DNA of 64,000 nucleotides from a virus (lineage: Duplodnaviria; Caudoviricetes): the IMG/VR virus record IMGVR_UViG_3300037067_017690, positions 32,001 through 96,000 of that record. One strand, given 5' to 3'. The notes beneath the pieces are model-generated. The model saw only the letters and a list, made by a program, of their open reading frames with translations. It had not been told where the DNA came from and ran no database searches. Below, piece after piece: positions 10,060 to 19,117 of this stretch. Both the position numbers and the translations under genes were made by a program. Each line of letters begins with the position of its first letter. The first letter of the stretch is position 1.

Positions 10060-10660
10060 TTGTTGTGGATAATTTGTTCCATATTTTTTAAGATTGGTTT
10101 GTTTTATTTGCTTTTTTATGGATTCATGTTGAAAATTCCATTCACAACCATATTTTTTAAGATTAGTTTGTTTTATTTTATTTTCAATTTTTTCAGATTG
10201 TCTTGGATTTTTTACTCCATATTTTTCAAGATTGGTTTGTTTAATCTTTTCCTTAGTTTCTTCTGATTGAAAATTATGCTCTACTCCATATTTTTCAAGA
10301 TTAGTTTGTTTAATCTTTTCTCGAATTTTTTTAGAGCTCAGGACATTTTCACAACCATATTTTTCAAGATTAGTTTGTTTTATTTTATTTTTTATTTTTT
10401 CAGATTGAAATGGATTTTCTACTCCATATTTTTTAAGATTAGTTTGCTTGGATTTTTCTTGTACATATTTATTTTTCATAGAACATTTATGTCCATATTT
10501 TTCAAGATTGGTGGCATTTTGTTTGGCCTTTACAAATATGTTTTGCGAAGAATGTTTTACTCCATATTTTTCAAGATTAGTTTGTTTTATTTTATTTTTT
10601 ATTTTTTCAGATTGAAATGGATTTTCTACTCCATATTTTTTAAGATTAGTTTGCTTGGCG
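10060..10660 (-). repeat. About nine 69-bp (23-aa) tandem repeats KQTNL[EK]KYGVEN...
   Basis: Repeated ccatattttt[tc]aagatt[ag]gtttg on the + strand. Confidence 0.9.
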
Positions 10661-10806
10661 AATTTTAATTTATACGTCATCCCTTCCTTAGAAAAAGAAC
10701 ATTTTTGAGAACAAAATGTTTTATGATTATGATTTTTTCGACATACTGGGCATATACTCATAAAAAGAATATACCGCAATTATAATTTTTCAAAAGAGGA
10801 ATTTTT

Positions 10807-12141
10807 ATGGCCGAAAATGACAATTTTAATTTATTGAAAGCAATTCAAGGTAGAAGAATTGTTTTTGAACGCATATTTCATGATGGATCTGGTTCGCCTC
10901 GAGATCCAGATAATTTCGGAATCGGCAATGTAAGTGAACCCAATTTTGTAATTAAAAGTCCAAAACAAGTCCAAGTATATATGGGAATCGGTGATAGATT
11001 AGACACAGGGAAATTTAGATTTGTATGGAATACTCCGATTGATGCTCAACCAGGAGAAGATTGGCAAATCGAATATGGTATGACAATATCAGGCACTTAT
11101 AGAACTCAAAAAGAAAAATTTACAGTGATTGATGTTGCAGATGTCGAAGATGTTGGTGCGGAATTGCATGAAGCAGAACAAAAAGATGAAATATTATTTT
11201 ATCTCGAGAATAATCCAGAATATTATGTAATTCAAATTGTGAGCAATGATGGTTATTTAATAGATCCAAATGAATTGGAAATTGTCATATTACCTGAAAA
11301 TGATGCCAATCCTGTTTATTCTGCAGGAAGACAAGATTTGAAATATTTATCAGTTGGAAAATATGAAGTAGAAATTCCAGGATTGTTACGAGGTGATTAT
11401 GTAATGATGTATCGTTACAGATATAATTCAACAACTCGTCCTGAAATGAAAGCTCTTAAATTAAAAATCATCACTCCATTACATTTTAGTGTAATGCCTG
11501 AAATTAGATTTCATATAGATAAAGCACAAAAATCTATGAATAAAGTTCAGGGATATACAGATGCAGATTTATTATTAGCTATGGGAATGTCAGCAGATTT
11601 CTTTAATGAACATCCTCCAAAATCAGCATTTGCCGCAGAAGAAGTAATGATGAATTGGAGATTATGTTTTATTTATGGTGCTTCTATCTGGGCATTAAAA
11701 GCTCAATATATTATGGAAGTTGATTTGAGTTTTGATTATTCAGGTCAAACAATTTCTTTGACTTATGATCATAAAGGGGATATTTCTTCTTATATTCAAA
11801 GTTTATTAGAAGAATATCGTACAATGATGGATAAAATCAAAACTCATATCGCTCTTGATAGTATTGCCGGAGGTTCCATCGGTAAAAGAGTTTATGGACC
11901 TGCAAATACATATATCTTTGGTGATCACGCAATTGATAGTGGAGGAGTTGGTCAAAATAATACTGGGAGAACGAATGCTGCTTCTCCAAGATCTGCAAAT
12001 CAAATAACGCAAAAAACTATAAATACAAATGATATGTATTGGTGGCATTCTGTTTATAAACGCAGTACGCCAAGTGGTCCTCAGAATAGTGCAAACCCTA
12101 TCGGGAATCCACGAATGTTTCCAGCAATTAAATTTCATTAA
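10807..12141 (+). CDS. Putative neck / head-tail adaptor protein
   Basis: 444 aa with Ig-like N-terminus and IDKAQK...YTDADL...FDYSGQTISL; position after the head module; inference only. Confidence 0.45.
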   Translation: MAENDNFNLLKAIQGRRIVFERIFHDGSGSPRDPDNFGIGNVSEPNFVIKSPKQVQVYMGIGDRLDTGKFRFVWNTPIDAQPGEDWQIEYGMTISGTYRTQKEKFTVIDVADVEDVGAELHEAEQKDEILFYLENNPEYYVIQIVSNDGYLIDPNELEIVILPENDANPVYSAGRQDLKYLSVGKYEVEIPGLLRGDYVMMYRYRYNSTTRPEMKALKLKIITPLHFSVMPEIRFHIDKAQKSMNKVQGYTDADLLLAMGMSADFFNEHPPKSAFAAEEVMMNWRLCFIYGASIWALKAQYIMEVDLSFDYSGQTISLTYDHKGDISSYIQSLLEEYRTMMDKIKTHIALDSIAGGSIGKRVYGPANTYIFGDHAIDSGGVGQNNTGRTNAASPRSANQITQKTINTNDMYWWHSVYKRSTPSGPQNSANPIGNPRMFPAIKFH

Positions 12142-12149
12142 AGGATATT

Positions 12150-12545
12150 ATGACCCTTTCACAACTAATTAGACACGCTTCAGAATCTCATTCTTTAGAA
12201 TATTTGTTAACACTCCCAGCAATGAGTAAGATTGAAATGACAGGAGAAGACAATCAAGAATTTACTGTAATTGGAAAAAAAGGATTGTATTCTTATCAAA
12301 ATCAATCTGATCTTACACTTCAAGAATTGATTCAATTGCTTCCAATTCAAAAATACCAATTTGAAATAGAATTTGAACAAGAAGAAAGAGATATATTGAA
12401 TGAAGCTAGAATTCTTAGATCAATAATCCAGAGAAAACCAGAATTAAAAGAAAAATTAAAAGAATTAGAATCTGAAATAGCTAAAGATCCTAAATCGGCA
12501 TATGAGTATGCTTTAAATGCTAAAAACAAAATTGATAAATTTTAG
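12150..12545 (+). CDS. Truncated paralog of the 51234..52307 helical-repeat protein
   Basis: N-terminal ~123 aa nearly identical to the 52307 gene; ends after the first repeat. Confidence 0.75.
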   Translation: MTLSQLIRHASESHSLEYLLTLPAMSKIEMTGEDNQEFTVIGKKGLYSYQNQSDLTLQELIQLLPIQKYQFEIEFEQEERDILNEARILRSIIQRKPELKEKLKELESEIAKDPKSAYEYALNAKNKIDKF

Positions 12546-12553
12546 GAGATACT

Positions 12554-13006
12554 ATGAATTTAAAAAATATTGCAAAAAAAATTGCTCAGATAACAAATTT
12601 TGATATAATGCAAGAATTAAATAAAGATCTTGAATTGGAATATGCTGCGGCAATTCAATACATTCAACACGCTGCTCAAATTAAAGGTGCAGAATTTTTC
12701 AGTGTACAAAAAGAATTAATAAAACATTCCGAAGAAGAAATGCAACACGCTGTAAAGATTAGTGAATGGATTAATACCCTTGGCGGCATTTCAACGATAG
12801 ATGTCGAAACAAGAAAAATTTCTGAGGATTCAATTGAAATGTTACATCAAGATTTAGATGGGGAAATGGATGCAATTTCACGATATAAAAATAGAATTGG
12901 CCAAGCTGAACAATTAGGTGAATTAGGATTAAAAAAAGATTTGATGGAAATTCTTTCTGAAGAAGAAGAACATCGTAGAGATTTAGAATTTGCAATAGGA
13001 TTATAA
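12554..13006 (+). CDS. Ferritin-like / bacterioferritin-family protein
   Basis: LELEYAAAIQY..H, EEMQHA, E.DAI.RY, EEEEH diiron-type motifs; N-terminal MNLKNIAKKIAQ leader. Confidence 0.85.
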   Translation: MNLKNIAKKIAQITNFDIMQELNKDLELEYAAAIQYIQHAAQIKGAEFFSVQKELIKHSEEEMQHAVKISEWINTLGGISTIDVETRKISEDSIEMLHQDLDGEMDAISRYKNRIGQAEQLGELGLKKDLMEILSEEEEHRRDLEFAIGL

Positions 13007-13007
13007 A

Positions 13008-14870
13008 ATGGCTGATCCATATGTTGAATTATTTAATATTGAACAATTTGCTGGCATTAATATAGCTGAGTCATATTATCAGTTTTATCTCTCTGCGATA
13101 AGACGTGATCCATTTTATGCTACTGATAGATTTTTAATTCCTTATCTTTTTACTCCAATCCAATTTAAAGCAGAAATTCATAATCATTCGAATCCAATTG
13201 GTTGGAAAGTAGAAGTCTATAATGGTAATGCAAAAATTTACGCATTTATAAATGAATCTGCTACATTTTTCTTTCAAATAACTCCTCGTAAAGGTCCGAA
13301 TAAAATTTATCTTGTTTTATACGATCAAACAAATAAACAATTTGAAACTATTCCTGTATTTTTTGAAGCTGTTGATTATTTAATGCCTTCATTTCCATTT
13401 ATAAATGAAATGGTAAAAAATCGAATTCATATAGAAAAATTATTGAATTATTCTATAACAAATGAAAAATTAAATTCTGTTGAAATTGAAGAAACTTGGG
13501 GTAAATTGGGAGCAAGATTTGATTCAAATAGATCCGATTCTTTAGATTCAGAATTATCCTACAGATTAAGAGTACGGACTTATCTTCAAGGTATTTATGA
13601 AAAGAAAGATAAAAATGATGGATTGAAAGATGTTCTATATTCAATTTTTGGAATTAATCCTATTATTGTTAATCATCAGGATATTAGATTTCCAATATCT
13701 GTTGTTGGTAATATAGGTTCTGCTACAAAATGGGCAAATGATGATTATGGATCATTTGGATCTGGGGCAATAGGCCAAATGGTATTACGAGATGAAACGA
13801 TTATCAATAATGGATTCGATGTAATTGTGTGGGGAGAAAAAGATGTAGATGTCATCAGAAATAAAATTGATCAAATTTCTCCTATTTATACAGAATATGG
13901 GATTAAACTCGGCTCAGACTATATCTCCTACGCTCTCTCGAGCCCCACAGACGAAAAGTTTACATTTGAAAAGGGGTTTCTCTATATAGATAGATTTAAC
14001 ATCGTAAACAAAAAAAATGAGCTCTCTCCGAGTGTTATAACAGTGATTGAAGAAACTATTCCATTTGAAATTGGGGAAAAGGTAAAACTGGGAAGTCAAG
14101 AATACACTGTAAAATTTATAGACACAAATGATAAAGAAATTGGTTTTGAAGAAAATATTTTAGAAACGGTTGATGGATTGAAAATTGGTTCAGCAGAAGA
14201 AGCAATATATGAAACAGATATATTGCCAATTCCAGATGAATCTATTTATTATGGAGATTTATTTCTGTATAAATTTAATACAGCAGAAGTAAATCTTTAT
14301 TTAAAAAGAGCCAAATCAACTTCTGAAATGTTATCAGTTTCATATACGCCATTCAATATTAATGAATTAGTATCTTATGGAATGGTAGATGATTTAATTG
14401 ATATGGAAACAACTGGACCAATATGGCAGACCGGGAGGACATATAATTTTGCTTCACCTGCTGGAAAATATATTTACAGAGAATTATCAGAACCATTACA
14501 CATTGATGGAATAGAATCATTTAAATTAACAGTTACTTCTAGTTTACCAGGAACTAATTTGTTATTTTTTGGATTAGGAACAAGATTATGGTCTAATTAT
14601 CAAGATATTGAATATTTAGTCCCTATTAATTTATCAGGAACTACTTCTGAAGATAAAGTGTTTGATGTTTCTGATATAGATGCAAAAATCATAAATAATA
14701 TAAGGTATATATATATAATACAAGGAACTTCTGGTTCTGTGTTTGTGGCCACATTTTCTAAATTAACAACAGATAAAACTTGTTCATTTTTTAAATTGAA
14801 AGCTACAGTTAAAAATGTCACTCAAAAATATGATTTTGCAATGGGTGATTTTATATTAAAGAAAATTTAA
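13008..14870 (+). CDS. Putative baseplate/tail structural protein
   Basis: 620 aa; ETWG.L...SYRLRV...DGLKDVL.SIFGINPII resembles baseplate wedge proteins. Confidence 0.5.
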   Translation: MADPYVELFNIEQFAGINIAESYYQFYLSAIRRDPFYATDRFLIPYLFTPIQFKAEIHNHSNPIGWKVEVYNGNAKIYAFINESATFFFQITPRKGPNKIYLVLYDQTNKQFETIPVFFEAVDYLMPSFPFINEMVKNRIHIEKLLNYSITNEKLNSVEIEETWGKLGARFDSNRSDSLDSELSYRLRVRTYLQGIYEKKDKNDGLKDVLYSIFGINPIIVNHQDIRFPISVVGNIGSATKWANDDYGSFGSGAIGQMVLRDETIINNGFDVIVWGEKDVDVIRNKIDQISPIYTEYGIKLGSDYISYALSSPTDEKFTFEKGFLYIDRFNIVNKKNELSPSVITVIEETIPFEIGEKVKLGSQEYTVKFIDTNDKEIGFEENILETVDGLKIGSAEEAIYETDILPIPDESIYYGDLFLYKFNTAEVNLYLKRAKSTSEMLSVSYTPFNINELVSYGMVDDLIDMETTGPIWQTGRTYNFASPAGKYIYRELSEPLHIDGIESFKLTVTSSLPGTNLLFFGLGTRLWSNYQDIEYLVPINLSGTTSEDKVFDVSDIDAKIINNIRYIYIIQGTSGSVFVATFSKLTTDKTCSFFKLKATVKNVTQKYDFAMGDFILKKI

Positions 14871-14882
14871 GGAGAGTGAAAA

Positions 14883-15104
14883 ATGTATTATGAAAAAATC
14901 AAAAAATTATTACATGAAGAATACGGAATTCAAAATTTTGATTCGAATACTAAATTTAGTGAACTTGGATTAGATTCGTTAGATAAAGTTGAAATTATCA
15001 TGTATCTAGAAGAAGAATTCAATATTGAAATTACTGATGAAGAAGGAGATAATGTTAACACAGTAAAAGATTTAGTTGAATTAATTCAAAATAAGAAAAA
15101 TTAA
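14883..15104 (+). CDS. acpP: Acyl carrier protein
   Basis: ELGLDSLDKVEIIMYLEEEFNIEI with the phosphopantetheine Ser motif; 73 aa, acidic. Confidence 0.92.
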   Translation: MYYEKIKKLLHEEYGIQNFDSNTKFSELGLDSLDKVEIIMYLEEEFNIEITDEEGDNVNTVKDLVELIQNKKN

Positions 15105-15505
15105 ACATTTTGTATAACAACCTTTTTAGTATCAACAAAATAAAGTGCTCTAATATTATATCCATTATTTCCCCTCAGATGTTGATAACTATAATTTAAT
15201 CTATAGATAATAAATCTTTCATCTTGATTGACACCGATCAAAAATTCTATTTTCCCAGTTTTGATTATAGGTGCCAATACACCACAATCTTCAGATTTGT
15301 ATTCCATAACATCAATAAGTTGCATTTTATTAGATTGTAATAAGTCATCAAAAGAAAAATTTTTTAAATGACTATTTAAATTAATCAATGACAATTCTAA
15401 TCCCATTTCTTTTTGCGCAACTTTAAGACCTTCAACCAAATCTGTTTTAGCAATAGGATCTTTCGCCACTTTTTTTATTTCTTCTGCTATTTTTGAAAGT
15501 TTCAT
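15101..15505 (-). CDS. Hypothetical protein with MKLSKIAEEIKKVA leader
   Basis: ORF coupled to upstream gene (ATGA overlap). Confidence 0.7.
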   Translation of the reverse strand: MKLSKIAEEIKKVAKDPIAKTDLVEGLKVAQKEMGLELSLINLNSHLKNFSFDDLLQSNKMQLIDVMEYKSEDCGVLAPIIKTGKIEFLIGVNQDERFIIYRLNYSYQHLRGNNGYNIRALYFVDTKKVVIQNV

Positions 15506-16218
15506 TTTATTTCTCCGATATATGTATTTTTTGGTTTTGGTATTACCCTTGGTCTTGGACTTTTAAATGGATCATCTTCGGGAGTTGGTTTTGTTTTTAC
15601 AGGTGTACGTAAAGGTCTTGTCACAGGTTTCTTTTCAGGAGCATGAACTTGAGCTGTTTTATTTTCTTCTTTTAATTGTTTGAATGCTCTTATGAAATCA
15701 TCGTTTTCAATTTCTGAGAGAAATTTTTCAATATTAACTGCTCTATCATCGCGATTCTGAAATATCTTTAGTTTTGGTGAATAGCCATAAACTTCATTAG
15801 TTATTTTATTTCTAATGAAATAAAGACCACCTATTTTAAGATATTCTTCCATGTATCTTGGAGTTTGAAGATCCATTCTGGTTTGTTTGAAATAATGGCA
15901 ATCTTCTATTCCTGTCATTTCTTTAATTAACCATTCTGAGTCTTCATAAATTGAAATAGAAACTACTTTCCTAATTTCTTCAGCTATTTTTTCAAGATTC
16001 AAAAGTTTTTGCACTTTATCTGTTATATATATTTGACATTTTAGTCCATACTTATGTGGATCTGTAATAATAGATTTTAATTTATCATTCGGTAGTTTAA
16101 TTAATTTATTATACCATGATTCCATTTGTTTATCATTATATTTTCCACATTCTGCCATGCTTTCTCTAATCACTGAAATTAAATCCGATTTATCATCAGC
16201 TATTTTTTTAAGATTCAT
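15502..16218 (-). CDS. Putative internal head protein, Pro-rich C-terminus
   Basis: Likely start MNLKKIADD at 16218 (AAGGA RBS); internal LNLEKIAEEIRKVV; IYEDSEW...LYFIRNK domain resembles the N-domain of 16582..19023. Confidence 0.65.
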   Translation of the reverse strand: MNLKKIADDKSDLISVIRESMAECGKYNDKQMESWYNKLIKLPNDKLKSIITDPHKYGLKCQIYITDKVQKLLNLEKIAEEIRKVVSISIYEDSEWLIKEMTGIEDCHYFKQTRMDLQTPRYMEEYLKIGGLYFIRNKITNEVYGYSPKLKIFQNRDDRAVNIEKFLSEIENDDFIRAFKQLKEENKTAQVHAPEKKPVTRPLRTPVKTKPTPEDDPFKSPRPRVIPKPKNTYIGEIK

Positions 16219-16228
16219 AAAATTTTCC

Positions 16229-16570
16229 TTATGCGACATTAAAATGTACAGATTTTGGAAAACCAGATGTCCACCCACCAATATAAAAATCTTTATCACT
16301 AAGCTTATCTGGTATTTTTCCATTAACTGCTTTTATAATTGCTGGTGGCACAACCTTATTTAATACTTCATCTATATTATTATCAAGAGTGTCAATTTCT
16401 ATATTGACTGGTTGTTTAATAATTTCTTGATTTTTCGTCTTATAAAATCTAATTTTTGCTTTTACAGTAAATGATGGCACTTGTATGTTAATGGTAGTTT
16501 TATCATCATACACATATCCTTCAAACTTTGCCACTTTTCTAATTCTTTCAGCTATTTTTTTAAGATTCAT
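16229..16570 (-). CDS. Hypothetical protein with MNLKKIAERIRKVA leader
   Basis: 113-aa ORF with AAGGA RBS. Confidence 0.7.
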   Translation of the reverse strand: MNLKKIAERIRKVAKFEGYVYDDKTTINIQVPSFTVKAKIRFYKTKNQEIIKQPVNIEIDTLDNNIDEVLNKVVPPAIIKAVNGKIPDKLSDKDFYIGGWTSGFPKSVHFNVA

Positions 16571-16581
16571 AAATTTTTCCT

Positions 16582-19023
16582 TTATCCGTTTTTCCAGTCA
16601 TCGGGATCTTCGGCTAAATCTTCCTCATCTGGATTTTCTAGATCTTCAAGCATTTCTCGAAGATTTTCCTTTTTAATAATTATAGCGTCTAAAAGATCCG
16701 CAGCTTCTTTGGGATAATCAATGCATGCTTCAATTACTTTATGAACTGTATCTGGATCTTCTTGTGATAAAAACATTAAGATCTTCGCAACAGGAATTTT
16801 TAATTCACGACGAGCATTCATATCTTGAATTGCTTTTGAAAATTTTCTCCACATTTGAGTACCAATTTGAATCAACCAAGGTTCATGTTTTATATCATCA
16901 GCTTTAATCAAAACATTCTTTAAAGTTTTTTCATCAATACCACTTAATCCATGGTGAGTAATCATTTCGGCAACACCTTTGCAGAGTTCTTGTACAAGAA
17001 CCGGAAATATGAATGCTTTAGCAATTACTACTGATTGTTCTTCTCCTTCAGAATTTTTTTCGTATTCTACTTTAGAAGAACCAGCTGCCATTTGACCGAG
17101 ACCCATTCCAGAAAAATCAAATGTCCAATACATTCTATATGAACCTACTGAAATTTTATCATAGAGATCAACTAATTCAGGGCTAATCTGATTTAATTCT
17201 TGCATTAAGAATTTATGAAGAGTAAGCATAGCATTTACAGCAGATCCATGAACTAATGAATTCAAACTTAATCGTTTATTGACCAATTTTCTGAATCCTG
17301 GAGTTTCTTCAATTAATTCTTCGAAATCTTCGTCCGATAAATCTTCTACTGTAGTATTGATATCAACATGTTGAGTTAATTGAGCACGAATTCTTTTTTC
17401 ATCAATACCCCATACTTCGGCAACTGCTCGTACAGCAAGATCTTCAAGTTGTTTTTTATGTTGATGCTCTTCCATCATAATTCTTTGAAATAATTCCATT
17501 AGAACCATATGTCCATCAGGAAGATTGACTTCTTCTTTTCTATTTTTTATATCTTCGTAACCTTCTTGAGAAAGTTGTTCACCATAAACTGCAAAAATTG
17601 GATGTTTACCAAATTCATGAGTTTTATCATTTCTGATATTTTTCCAGAATTTTTTAGTAGATGGAGCAACATCTTTATCAAAATTTGCTGATTTATCTAT
17701 AGAGGCAGTTTTTTCAAGTTGTGAAATATTTTCTTTTAGAAGTTGAATAAAAAATTCTTCTAATCTAAAAGTTGATGGCACATACTTAATGTTTTTGAAC
17801 AAATCAGAAATGTCATAATTGATATTAAATATTTCATCGAAAAATTTTATAGCATCAACAATTAATGAAACTTTTCCGGGAATAATCGTAAATTTATAAT
17901 GTTTTTCTAAAGATTTTCTGATATCATCTTCTATTTGATATCTTTGAGCTTCAGAAAAAGTTTTTTGTAAGAATATTTTTAATGTTTTATCATTTTCAAT
18001 TGCTTTTTCTGGAGTTTTATATTTTTGTTGCCAATCAGCAGAAAAATATGGTTCTATTAATTTGATTATTTCATCATTTAATTCATATTTATTTTTTAAT
18101 GAAGTATCAATTTTTTTCTGGATAGATAAATCAAAAACAAATTTAAAATATAGAAAATCATCACCTTCAATAAGAATTTTATCCCCAACTAATTTTGTTG
18201 AATTATCATATTTTAAAACATCCTTTAATTTTTCATTTAAGATAATTTCAATCATTTTTTCTGGTAATTTTGCCAATAATTGTTGCTTATTGATTGATTT
18301 ATCGTGCACATCCATAAATTGATGGCTACCAAATTCAAATTGGTATTTCTCAGTCCTGCCTTTTTCATCTTTTGATTTTCTATTGATAATTATATGAAGT
18401 TGTTTGTAATTTGTAAAAGCCCCCTTACCAGTTGTGCACCATTTAGTTCCTCTCCCCCAAAAAGCAGCAGCATCATAAGATAATGGGAGAATATACATCC
18501 AATTAGAATCTTTATATAACACTTTAGTTTGAACGGTTTTTATATATTTTTCAATATCGGTTTCTTCAATTTCTTCCTCTTCCTCTTCCTCATCTTCCAA
18601 ATAATCTTTGAGTGCTAAATACAAATCACCATGAGATTTATATTTCATAATATCAGGATCTATTTTTAATTTTTCGATTTTAGTGCGTTTACTAATAAGT
18701 TTTTCTACTTCGACTGTAGATATTTTAGGATCACCAATTTTTTTATTTAATCTTTCAAGTAATGATTTCATATACCTAACTTCATTAAAAGCAATTAGAT
18801 ATTCATTAATTTTATCATGATCATCTAATTGCAATTCATTTTTCTTATAAAGGATTAAAAGCCATTTACAATAGTTCCCCATTTTCATAACTTCGTCACC
18901 CTTGACGATAGTGGTAGGATCCATTTTCAAAATATTGTAAAATATTTCTTTGTCAATGTCTTTATAGAATTTTTCTCGAATTTCTTCTAATCGTGAATTG
19001 TGACTTCTTTTTCTTATTGGCAT
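16582..19023 (-). CDS. Large two-domain phage protein (GTKWCT-motif N-domain plus helical C-domain)
   Basis: 813 aa; LYKDSNW..ILPLSYDAA.FWGRGTKWCT; the domains are joined by LEKTASIDKSA. Confidence 0.7.
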   Translation of the reverse strand: MPIRKRSHNSRLEEIREKFYKDIDKEIFYNILKMDPTTIVKGDEVMKMGNYCKWLLILYKKNELQLDDHDKINEYLIAFNEVRYMKSLLERLNKKIGDPKISTVEVEKLISKRTKIEKLKIDPDIMKYKSHGDLYLALKDYLEDEEEEEEEIEETDIEKYIKTVQTKVLYKDSNWMYILPLSYDAAAFWGRGTKWCTTGKGAFTNYKQLHIIINRKSKDEKGRTEKYQFEFGSHQFMDVHDKSINKQQLLAKLPEKMIEIILNEKLKDVLKYDNSTKLVGDKILIEGDDFLYFKFVFDLSIQKKIDTSLKNKYELNDEIIKLIEPYFSADWQQKYKTPEKAIENDKTLKIFLQKTFSEAQRYQIEDDIRKSLEKHYKFTIIPGKVSLIVDAIKFFDEIFNINYDISDLFKNIKYVPSTFRLEEFFIQLLKENISQLEKTASIDKSANFDKDVAPSTKKFWKNIRNDKTHEFGKHPIFAVYGEQLSQEGYEDIKNRKEEVNLPDGHMVLMELFQRIMMEEHQHKKQLEDLAVRAVAEVWGIDEKRIRAQLTQHVDINTTVEDLSDEDFEELIEETPGFRKLVNKRLSLNSLVHGSAVNAMLTLHKFLMQELNQISPELVDLYDKISVGSYRMYWTFDFSGMGLGQMAAGSSKVEYEKNSEGEEQSVVIAKAFIFPVLVQELCKGVAEMITHHGLSGIDEKTLKNVLIKADDIKHEPWLIQIGTQMWRKFSKAIQDMNARRELKIPVAKILMFLSQEDPDTVHKVIEACIDYPKEAADLLDAIIIKKENLREMLEDLENPDEEDLAEDPDDWKNG

Positions 19024-19117
19024 AAATTTATATTACCTTATTTTATATTTATTGTAAATATAAAAATTTTAAATCTAATTCTTAATTGTAATTAATTTTA
19101 CGGTATTAATTCTTATC

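Larger units (their letters stand above)
8733..10761 (-). pseudogene. Repeat-containing (TNLEKYG) homing-endonuclease-like gene interrupted by a 250-bp insertion
   Basis: N-terminal CxxC, 23-aa repeats, ELDIYIP..NIGIEFNGLYWHS (PD-(D/E)XK/Vsr-like), then ELLRYC and TYADRRFS. The missing C-terminus FYTKYDILQSRIKYQKHKL...NGFDRIWDCGNLVFELK is encoded at 8900..8733. Confidence 0.85.

Noticed and set aside
10060-10660. CRISPR array
   Set aside because: 69-bp in-frame coding repeats with no unique spacers.
10060-10668. Plus-strand hydrophobic ORFs, and other short antisense ORFs in the track
   Set aside because: Antisense shadows of well-supported genes, with no RBS or recognisable motifs.
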